From assembly GCA_016927185.1 (NCBI GenBank), contig JAFGND010000067.1, forward strand, positions 1 through 35,744: a stretch of 35,744 nucleotides of DNA, written 5' to 3'. The translations under genes and the position numbers were made by a program. The notes under the pieces are model-generated. The model was not told the DNA's origin, ran no database searches, and worked only from the letters and a program-made list of their open reading frames with translations. Positions within the stretch are counted from its first letter, which is position 1, and each line of letters starts with the position of its first letter. Positions 1 to 7,303 of this stretch are shown here, piece after piece. The DNA comes from Candidatus Coatesbacteria bacterium (GTDB taxonomy: Bacteria > JAFGND01).

Positions 1-45
1 AAAAAAAAAAAAAAAAATAGATTGTCAAGGATTTTTTATTCTCTT

Positions 46-193
46 TTTAATCTAGCCCCTAGACATGATGGACCAGAAGAAAGTGTAAAAGAAATATTTT
101 CCCTGGAGTTACCCAGAAAAAACTTCTCATCAGTACTTCTATCAACATCTCTTCTTCATATATCATCTCCTCATATATAGGGGCTAGATTAAA
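46..193. repeat. Perfect 16-bp inverted repeat pair (REP/MITE-like) enclosing 116 bp
   Basis: TTTAATCTAGCCCCTA at 46-61 and its exact reverse complement TAGGGGCTAGATTAAA at 178-193. Confidence 0.7.
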
Positions 194-301
194 CTTATTC
201 TCTAAACTTCTTGACTTTTTATACAAGCAATTTAACACCTTAGACACTTTTACTAATTCTGGGAGCAGTTTACCTGAGCCTTATTAAAAAAAGAGAAGAA
301 T

Positions 302-1912
302 ATGTTAAATAAAAAAGTCAAATGCATGCTGATTCAGCCTAAATTTTCAAATAACAGCTTCTGGAATTATACTGAAGTCTGTAAACTAACCGGGGCAAAA
401 TATCCAGCTGCACCATTAGGATTGCTTACTGTGGCGGCACTTCTACCACAAAGTTGGGAATTCAAGCTTATTGACGAAAATGTTTCGGATATCAAGGATG
501 AAGAACTTGACTGGGCAGATATAATACTCACAGGTGGCATGCTGCCACAACAAACTTCAATACTCAGAATTATAGATATTGCTAAAGAAATGAGAAAACC
601 TGTTGTCGTTGGGGGACCTGATCCAAGTTCCCAGCCTGATATATATGGAAAAGCTGACTTTTTGGTACTTGGTGAAGCAGAAGTTACAATAGAAGCCTTT
701 CTGAATGATTTATCCAGAAACCGGGAAAGTGGAGTATATTTTCCTGACCGTAAATCAGATATGGAAAAGTCAGTAATTCCAAGATATGACCTTATAGATT
801 TCAGGAACTATCTGCACATCGGAATTCAGTATTCACGAGGATGTCCTTATAATTGCGAATTCTGTGATATCATCGAAATGCTGGGAAGGAAGCCTAGAGC
901 TAAAACCTGTAAGCAGATTGTAAGCGAGCTTAACTCATTATATAATCTTGGTTACAGGGGACATATTGATTTTGTGGATGACAATTTCATAGGTAACAAA
1001 TGCAAGGTTATGGAAGTGCTTGATGAAATAGCAAAATGGTCTAAAGAGCATGATTATCCTTTTTATTTCAGTACTGAAGCATCAATCAACCTTGCAAAAG
1101 AAGAAAAACTGCTGGAACTTATGGAAAAAAGCGATTTCAGATATGTCTTTATTGGCATAGAAAGTCCTGATAATGAAGTTCTTGAAAAAGCCCAAAAGAA
1201 ACAGAATGTAGAAGTATCAGTTAAAGATGCTGTAAGGATTTTATCATCTCATGGAATGGTTGTTAATGGTGGTTTTATACTCGGTTTTGACAATGAATCA
1301 AGTAATATAGCAGATAATATGATAGATCTTATACAGGATAGTGGTATATGCATGGCAATGGTTGGTACATTATATGCTCTTCCTAACACGCAGCTAACAA
1401 GAAGATTAAGAAAAGAGGGAAGACTTTTCAATAATTCACTGAAAATTGAAGATTCTTCTGTGGATATTGATCAGATAACTAGTGGTCTTAACTTCATTAC
1501 TTCAAGATCCCGTATCAATATAATAAATGATCACATAGACATACTTAAAAAGATATATGATCCTGTAATGTATTACAAAAGGATTTATAAAACTGCACTT
1601 AATATCAAGCCAACCTATAAAAATAAACCAGGATTTCTTAAATTGATGAAACTGGCTTTGGGATTTTTAAGAGTATGCACAAGCATTGGACTGAACAGGA
1701 AAACCAGATTGCTGTACTGGAACACACTCTTGAAAGTGATCTTGAAAAATCCAAAAGCTGTTGAAGTCTCAGTCAATCTTGCTGCAATGTATCTGCATTT
1801 TTCCAAGCAGAATAATTTCGTTATAAAATCACTTCATGAAAAAATAGAAACAATAAAGATGCATGGCGAAGAAAAGTATAATCAATTGATGCTAAACGGT
1901 CTTAAAACATAG
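302..1912 (+). CDS. Cobalamin-binding radical SAM protein (DUF4070/HpnP-like family)
   Basis: N-terminal B12-binding motifs (PLGLLTVAALLP, VVVGGP, GEAE), SRGCPYNCEFC CxxxCxxC motif, FVDDNF, FIGIES, GFILGFD. Confidence 0.88.
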   Translation: MLNKKVKCMLIQPKFSNNSFWNYTEVCKLTGAKYPAAPLGLLTVAALLPQSWEFKLIDENVSDIKDEELDWADIILTGGMLPQQTSILRIIDIAKEMRKPVVVGGPDPSSQPDIYGKADFLVLGEAEVTIEAFLNDLSRNRESGVYFPDRKSDMEKSVIPRYDLIDFRNYLHIGIQYSRGCPYNCEFCDIIEMLGRKPRAKTCKQIVSELNSLYNLGYRGHIDFVDDNFIGNKCKVMEVLDEIAKWSKEHDYPFYFSTEASINLAKEEKLLELMEKSDFRYVFIGIESPDNEVLEKAQKKQNVEVSVKDAVRILSSHGMVVNGGFILGFDNESSNIADNMIDLIQDSGICMAMVGTLYALPNTQLTRRLRKEGRLFNNSLKIEDSSVDIDQITSGLNFITSRSRINIINDHIDILKKIYDPVMYYKRIYKTALNIKPTYKNKPGFLKLMKLALGFLRVCTSIGLNRKTRLLYWNTLLKVILKNPKAVEVSVNLAAMYLHFSKQNNFVIKSLHEKIETIKMHGEEKYNQLMLNGLKT

Positions 1913-2023
1913 ATAATATTGATAAAAAAAGTTTATGAAGTTCAGCTAATCCAATTGGAAAACTACTTTTACCTGGCAGGAAATCAGATTTCTTATTTCT
2001 ACCAGGAGACTTGCTTCAAATAA

Positions 2024-2050
2024 AAAGGATTCAGTTTTACTGAATCCTTT
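2024..2050. terminator. Probable bidirectional intrinsic terminator
   Basis: Perfect 12-bp inverted repeat AAAGGATTCAGT-ttt-ACTGAATCCTTT with A/T tracts, between convergent rSAM and gdh genes. Confidence 0.8.
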
Positions 2051-2075
2051 CTTAAAGACAATGGCTGAATTGTCT

Positions 2076-3332
2076 CTATGGAAATATTCCTCTTCTCTTG
2101 TAAACATTTTCCAATGCTCTCAAGGCAACAATGTAAGCTGCTGTTCGCCAGTCAGTATTGAACTCCCTGGATACATCTCTTACTTTGTCATAAGCATCAG
2201 ATAGTTTCCTGTATAGCTTATGATCCACTTCATCAAGATCCCAGAATTCACTTCTCTTGTTCTGCAACCATTCAAAATAGCTTACAACTACTCCTCCGGA
2301 ATTGCACAAAATATCTGGAATTATATCAATACCTCTCTTGAAAAGTATCTCATCTCCTTCTGGAGAAGTAGGTCCATTTGCTCCTTCTGCTACAAGCTTT
2401 ACATTAATCAATGGAGCAGTTTCTGCATTTATCTGATTTTCAAGTGCTGCTGGAATGAAGATATCAGCATTAATTTTCAAGAACTGATCACTTTTTATTG
2501 AATCAGCTTTAGGATAATTTTTCACTCCATTTTCCTTGCTTACAAAAACTGCAAGATTATCTGGATCTATTCCTTCAAGATTGGCTATAGAACCAGTAAC
2601 ATCCTCTACAGCAATAAGTTTTGCTCCATAACCTTTCAGCAATCTTGCAGTCCATGAACCTACATTACCAAATCCCTGAACAATATAAGTCGCTTTTGAT
2701 AAATCGAACTTCTTGTCTGTAGCCCATTTTTCAATCATATAGACTACACCCTGACCAGTTGCCTTGTCTCTTCCCTTGCTTCCTCCTGCTTCTATAGGTT
2801 TTCCTGTTACAACATGAATGGAGGCCTGCCTTATGGAAGCTGGAACAGTAGAAAGATAAGTATCAAGTATCCATGCCATTATCTGGGGATTGGTATTGAC
2901 ATCTGGAGCTGGTATATCATATTCCGGACCTATATTATTTCCCAGAGCATAAGTAAAACGTCTGCTTATTCTCTCTATCTCGGTTTTTGAATACTGTGTC
3001 GGGTCAAAAGCAATACCTCCTTTTGCTCCACCATATGGTATTCCAGTAATGGCAGATTTCCATGTCATCCATGTAGCAAGTGCCCTTACTTCATCAAGAT
3101 CAACAGCAGGATGAAAACGCAATCCACCTTTATAAGGACCCAGGGCATTGTTATGCTGCACTCTGTAACCAGTGAAAACCTCAATTCTCCCGTCATCCAT
3201 TTTCACAGGAAAATTGACAACGAATTCATTGGTAGTCTGTGACAATATTGCTTTTATGTTCTCATCAAGTCCCATCATATCAGCAGCTTTTCCAAACTGC
3301 CTTCCCACATTCTCGTACAAACTCGTTTCCAT
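2076..3332 (-). CDS. gdhA: Glutamate dehydrogenase (Glu/Leu/Phe/Val dehydrogenase family), 418 aa from METSLY
   Basis: GYRVQHNNALGPYKGGLRFHP, GGAKGG, DIPAPDV, QGFGNVG, EGANGP, GGVVVSYFEW. Start moved from 3482 to the ATG at 3332 (GGAGG RBS; removes overlap with the upstream gene). Confidence 0.93.
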   Translation of the reverse strand: METSLYENVGRQFGKAADMMGLDENIKAILSQTTNEFVVNFPVKMDDGRIEVFTGYRVQHNNALGPYKGGLRFHPAVDLDEVRALATWMTWKSAITGIPYGGAKGGIAFDPTQYSKTEIERISRRFTYALGNNIGPEYDIPAPDVNTNPQIMAWILDTYLSTVPASIRQASIHVVTGKPIEAGGSKGRDKATGQGVVYMIEKWATDKKFDLSKATYIVQGFGNVGSWTARLLKGYGAKLIAVEDVTGSIANLEGIDPDNLAVFVSKENGVKNYPKADSIKSDQFLKINADIFIPAALENQINAETAPLINVKLVAEGANGPTSPEGDEILFKRGIDIIPDILCNSGGVVVSYFEWLQNKRSEFWDLDEVDHKLYRKLSDAYDKVRDVSREFNTDWRTAAYIVALRALENVYKRRGIFP

Positions 3333-3375
3333 TTTATTCCTCCTTGTTACACTCAGTAGTGCAACGAGAAAATTT

Positions 3376-3690
3376 TTACTTGTATTCTTCACAATGCCAG
3401 ACTCCACTTTCCGGTTTTGGAAAAGTGCAATCTTCCCTGATTGAACAGGTTTTGCATAAACCTTTGTATGCTGGATCAGCATAATTGAATTTGCTTGTTT
3501 CTTTTTCCTCTTTTACAGTTTCGATGCTTGTAAATTCAATGCCTTCAAATTCATCACATTCTATGATTGGCTTGCTTTTTGGATATGTGCATTCATTTAA
3601 TCTTTTGCATGTGGAACATAATCCTTTTTTATCCTTTGGCTTTGCAATCAAGTCTACCTTTTTCCTTTTCATGTCTCTCAAGTTTAACAT
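3376..3690 (-). CDS. Small protein with two tandem Cys4 repeats (putative metal-binding)
   Basis: Repeats KGLCSTCKRLNECTYPKSKPIIECDEF and KGLCKTCSIREDCTFPKPESGVWHCEEY. AGGAG RBS before ATG 3690 (alternative start 3705). Confidence 0.8.
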   Translation of the reverse strand: MLNLRDMKRKKVDLIAKPKDKKGLCSTCKRLNECTYPKSKPIIECDEFEGIEFTSIETVKEEKETSKFNYADPAYKGLCKTCSIREDCTFPKPESGVWHCEEYK

Positions 3691-3722
3691 TTGAACTCCT
3701 TTCATTATTCAATAAATAATAG

Positions 3723-3739
3723 AGCAAAAAGTATGCCAA
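3723..3739 (-). promoter_or_regulatory. Sigma-54 (-24/-12) promoter for the Cys4 protein-gdhA unit
   Basis: Minus strand TTGGCATACTTTTTGCT = GG-N10-GC, matching TGGCAC-N5-TTGCW. IHF-like TGTCAATAACTTA at 3755-3767; the NtrC-type gene is adjacent. Confidence 0.8.
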
Positions 3740-3849
3740 CATACTTTTAATTTTTAAGTTATTGACATGCATATAATTATGAAAAAGGGGAGTTTTCATT
3801 GCAGAGAGGATATTGGGGAATTTTGAACCAGTGAGGAGAAAATAATCAA

Positions 3850-5208
3850 TTAATCTATTTTATTCTCGTCAATTTCCTTCAACTTCTCCTTGAGAGTTTT
3901 CCTGTCTATTCCCAGTATCCTTGAAGCTTTGGTTTTATTGTTGTTTGTAGTAGATAATACATTCAATATATATTCTCTTTCAACTTCCTTAAGGGTTTTT
4001 TCACAAGATGACTTGAACTCAAGGCAGTAGCGCATATGGATAGGTAAATCAGTTACTTCAATCTTGTCTGTATCAGTCATTACTACAAGCCTCTGAATTA
4101 TATTCTCAAGTTCTCTTACATTTCCTGGCCATGAATATTCCTTGAGAATTGTCAAGGCATTATCTGATATAACTATACTTTCTTTCCCTGCTTCCTTTGA
4201 ATATTTTTTTACGAAAAAATTGATTAGAAGCAAAAGATCATCCCCTCTTTCCTTTAATGCAGGAAGTTCAATTGAAATAACGTTCAATCTGTAAAATAAA
4301 TCTTCCCTGAACATTTCCTTCTTTACAAGTTTCAGAAGGTCCTTATTGGTAGCTGCAATAATTCTTATATCAACTTTCCGGGGAACTCTTGATCCAACCA
4401 TGTAAATTTCCTTGTCCTGCAAAACTCTAAGTAATTTAACCTGCATTGACAAACTTGTTTCCGCTATTTCATCAAGAAATATTGTTCCTCCATCTGCTGT
4501 CTGGAAGAATCCTGCTCTTGTCTCTTTTGCTCCAGTAAATGCTCCCTTCATATAACCAAACAACTCACTTTCAAGCAATTCTTCAGGAATTGCACCACAA
4601 TTAACCGGAACAAAAGGTGATGAGCTTCTCTGACTGTTATAGTGAATGGCTCTCGCTATAAGTTCCTTGCCTGTCCCGCTTTCACCTGTTATTATTACGG
4701 TTGCCTGAGTCATTGCAGCTTTTCTTACATTATTCAGGACATTCAGCATGATTTCAGAATTTCCTATTATCCCGTTAAGCGGTGTATAGTCAGCTTTCAG
4801 ATTATTCACTTTTCTTCTCATACTGAGTTTTTCAAGAGCCTGCCTTACTGAGAGAAATAATTCCTCATCAGTAAATGGTTTTGCAAGATAATCCTCTGCT
4901 CCTATCTTCACTGCTTTTACTGCACTTTCTATACTAGCATAGCCTGTAATAACCATTATCTCAGTATCTTTGTAATTCTCTTCTACGAACCTTACCAGCT
5001 CAATTCCTCCTACCCCTGGCATCTTCAAATCAGTTATTACAAGATCAATGCGTATATTATTCATAACTTCTATTGCTTGATTTACTGATTGAGCAGTATG
5101 AATCTCATAACCCTTGGATACCAGATTCCTTCTTATCACTTCAAGTGTATCTTGAGCATCATCCACTATGAGTATTTTCTGTTTTTTACCTATAGCACCC
5201 ATAATCAA
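3850..5208 (-). CDS. Sigma-54-dependent NtrC/AtoC-family response regulator (REC-AAA+-HTH)
   Basis: ILIVDD, ITDLKMPG receiver; GESGTGKE Walker A; GAFTGA; FLDEI; WPGNVRELEN; C-terminal Fis HTH. ATG start probably 5202. Confidence 0.95.
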   Translation of the reverse strand: MIMGAIGKKQKILIVDDAQDTLEVIRRNLVSKGYEIHTAQSVNQAIEVMNNIRIDLVITDLKMPGVGGIELVRFVEENYKDTEIMVITGYASIESAVKAVKIGAEDYLAKPFTDEELFLSVRQALEKLSMRRKVNNLKADYTPLNGIIGNSEIMLNVLNNVRKAAMTQATVIITGESGTGKELIARAIHYNSQRSSSPFVPVNCGAIPEELLESELFGYMKGAFTGAKETRAGFFQTADGGTIFLDEIAETSLSMQVKLLRVLQDKEIYMVGSRVPRKVDIRIIAATNKDLLKLVKKEMFREDLFYRLNVISIELPALKERGDDLLLLINFFVKKYSKEAGKESIVISDNALTILKEYSWPGNVRELENIIQRLVVMTDTDKIEVTDLPIHMRYCLEFKSSCEKTLKEVEREYILNVLSTTNNNKTKASRILGIDRKTLKEKLKEIDENKID

Positions 5209-6902
5209 TCTTCCTTCTTTGGCAATAAAATCTTGAACTCTGTCCCTGAACCAATTTTGGAAATAACTTTTATTACACCATCATGATTCGTAATTATTCC
5301 ATGAACAACTGATAAACCTAAACCGGTTCCCTGCCCAGTTTCCTTTGTTGTGAAAAAAGGAACAAAAATCTGTTTCTGTATTTCTGATGTCATCCCTGTA
5401 CCAGTATCCCTTATACTTAGAAGAACCTTATCCTTGAATGGTCTTGTTGAAATAGATATCTTGCCTCCACCAGGCATTGCCTGTATAGAATTTACAAGCA
5501 GGTTTACTATTACCTGACTCATCTGTGAAGGATCCACTACAACATCCGGAAGATTTCTTGAAAGGCTTTTTTCCAGTTTAATTCCTTCCTTGCTGCATCT
5601 TGACTCTATAAAAAACAGGTTATCTTCTATGATCTGGTTAAGATTCATTTCTTTTTTAACAATAGGTACCTGCCTTGCGAAAATAAGCAGTTTTTTGACA
5701 ATTTCTCTTGCATGAAGAGAGGAATTTATTATCTTTTTAATATCTTGCGAAGCTTGTTCAGGAAGATAAGGACATTTCATTGCGAGCTGGGCAAATCCAA
5801 GTATGTTTCCTAATGGCTCGTTGATTTCATGAGCAACACCTGATGCAAGTTGACCTAATGTTGCAAGTCTGTCAGCATGCAATAGTTGCTTATAGAGAAC
5901 ATCTTTTTCATTTTCAGCTTGTTTTTTCTCAAACTCTATAGATATTGCCCTCGATATAGTATTAAGTAGATGTTTCTCTTCCTCAAGAAAGAAATCACCT
6001 TCAAGATTCTCCTTGTTATTGTAGAAAACCTCTACATATCCTTTTTTCTGTCTCTTGATGCTGATATCAGACCTCAGCTTTATTTCACTTTCAGTGAATT
6101 CCCTTGATTTTACTGAATAATCATCTATTACAATTCTGGCAGAAAGGTTTTCTGGAAATTGAAATGCAGAAGAGATCTTGTCAACAGTTTTCACTAGTTT
6201 GTTCCTTAGGTTCATATCATCTTTTTTCATTATTTCATCTATACTATACAAGCATGCAAGTTCCTTTATTCTTTCTCTCAGTGCTGATTGGGCTCGTCTG
6301 TCAGATATGGAGAAACCCATGGATTCTGCAAAATCCTCATAAAATCTTATGCTTTTCTTCCTGAAAAAGTCTTTCTGTCTTGAAAAAAGGCTAAGGATGC
6401 CAACATCTCTTTTATCTATAAGAAATGGAATGAAAATGCATGATTCACTATCCTGATTTACTTCAAAGCCTGAATATGTTTTCCTTATATCTTTAATGCA
6501 TGAAGAAATATCTTCTATGAAAAAAGTTCCCTTTTCAGATATATTCTTTCTGTTAAGTTTCAATTTCCTTAAGACAAGATCTTTATAGAATTCCTCCTTG
6601 TCCTTCAAGAAAGTTATGCAGGGAAAATATTGCTTTGAATCTATTCTCATGCTTTCGAATTCATTAAATGAAAATGAGAAAGAATCGCTTTTTTCTATCT
6701 TGAAAATATATGCTTTCTTTCCCTGGGATACCCTTATTTCAAGCAGGAAACAGCCTGTAAAATCGATAATCTTTCTCGAAATCACTTTCAAAAAATCAAT
6801 TCTTGGTGTTCCCAGATTTGCATATCTCAATATCTCACTTGATAATCTGTAAAGATTCAGATATGCCTTGTTATTGTTATCAGAGAGATCTCTATTATTC
6901 AT
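5205..6902 (-). CDS. Cytoplasmic sensor histidine kinase with GAF-like N-terminus (NtrB-like)
   Basis: H-box GVAHEINEPL, N-box NLLVNSIQAM, DTGTGM, PFFTTK, GTGLGL; no clear TM segment; overlaps the regulator start. Confidence 0.92.
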   Translation of the reverse strand: MNNRDLSDNNNKAYLNLYRLSSEILRYANLGTPRIDFLKVISRKIIDFTGCFLLEIRVSQGKKAYIFKIEKSDSFSFSFNEFESMRIDSKQYFPCITFLKDKEEFYKDLVLRKLKLNRKNISEKGTFFIEDISSCIKDIRKTYSGFEVNQDSESCIFIPFLIDKRDVGILSLFSRQKDFFRKKSIRFYEDFAESMGFSISDRRAQSALRERIKELACLYSIDEIMKKDDMNLRNKLVKTVDKISSAFQFPENLSARIVIDDYSVKSREFTESEIKLRSDISIKRQKKGYVEVFYNNKENLEGDFFLEEEKHLLNTISRAISIEFEKKQAENEKDVLYKQLLHADRLATLGQLASGVAHEINEPLGNILGFAQLAMKCPYLPEQASQDIKKIINSSLHAREIVKKLLIFARQVPIVKKEMNLNQIIEDNLFFIESRCSKEGIKLEKSLSRNLPDVVVDPSQMSQVIVNLLVNSIQAMPGGGKISISTRPFKDKVLLSIRDTGTGMTSEIQKQIFVPFFTTKETGQGTGLGLSVVHGIITNHDGVIKVISKIGSGTEFKILLPKKED

Positions 6903-7303
6903 TTTCAGCCATTCATCTTATGGAAGTTAAAAACAGTGGCTTTTGTTTTTCAGAATATCACCTTGAATCAGCTGCAATTAAGTCAAGGATTTTAGACAGG
7001 TCTTTCCAGTTAGAAGATCGCTTTGCAAAATGATAATGTGCTATCTCAGTTTCTTTCTGCCTTAATCCATTCCATCATATTCAAAGCCTTTCAATCTGTC
7101 TTTCCAGTATTCATTATCATTAAGCACTGCCTGATTATGATGATCATGCAAAAAATAAGTACTCATGACTTCACATCATTCACAAATATGATTGATTGCT
7201 GCATCCTGCTTTATTATTTCATAATACTGCATGATTTTCAACTTTCCTCTTGTCTTTTTAACAAGGCATAAAGGAACTGTTCTTGTCAAATGAAAGGAAA
7301 TTC

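Noticed and set aside
1-17. Poly-A run at the window start
   Set aside because: Probably a contig-edge or homopolymer artefact; no functional evidence.
59-247. 62-aa minus-strand ORF
   Set aside because: Runs through the inverted-repeat element; no recognisable motif or RBS.
302-1912. B12 radical SAM as a maturase of the peptide
   Set aside because: 8 kb away, separately transcribed, and from a widespread stand-alone family; no linkage evidence.
3333-3482. 50-aa N-terminal extension of GDH in the ORF track
   Set aside because: Overlaps the Cys4 gene in another frame; the RBS supports ATG 3332.
7062-7232. Minus-strand 56-codon frame with an in-frame TGA in C-E-*-C (possible selenoprotein or pseudogene)
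   Set aside because: No convincing SECIS-like hairpin after the TGA and no recognisable homology; compatible with chance. The overlapping plus-strand ORF 7023-7271 is equally unsupported.
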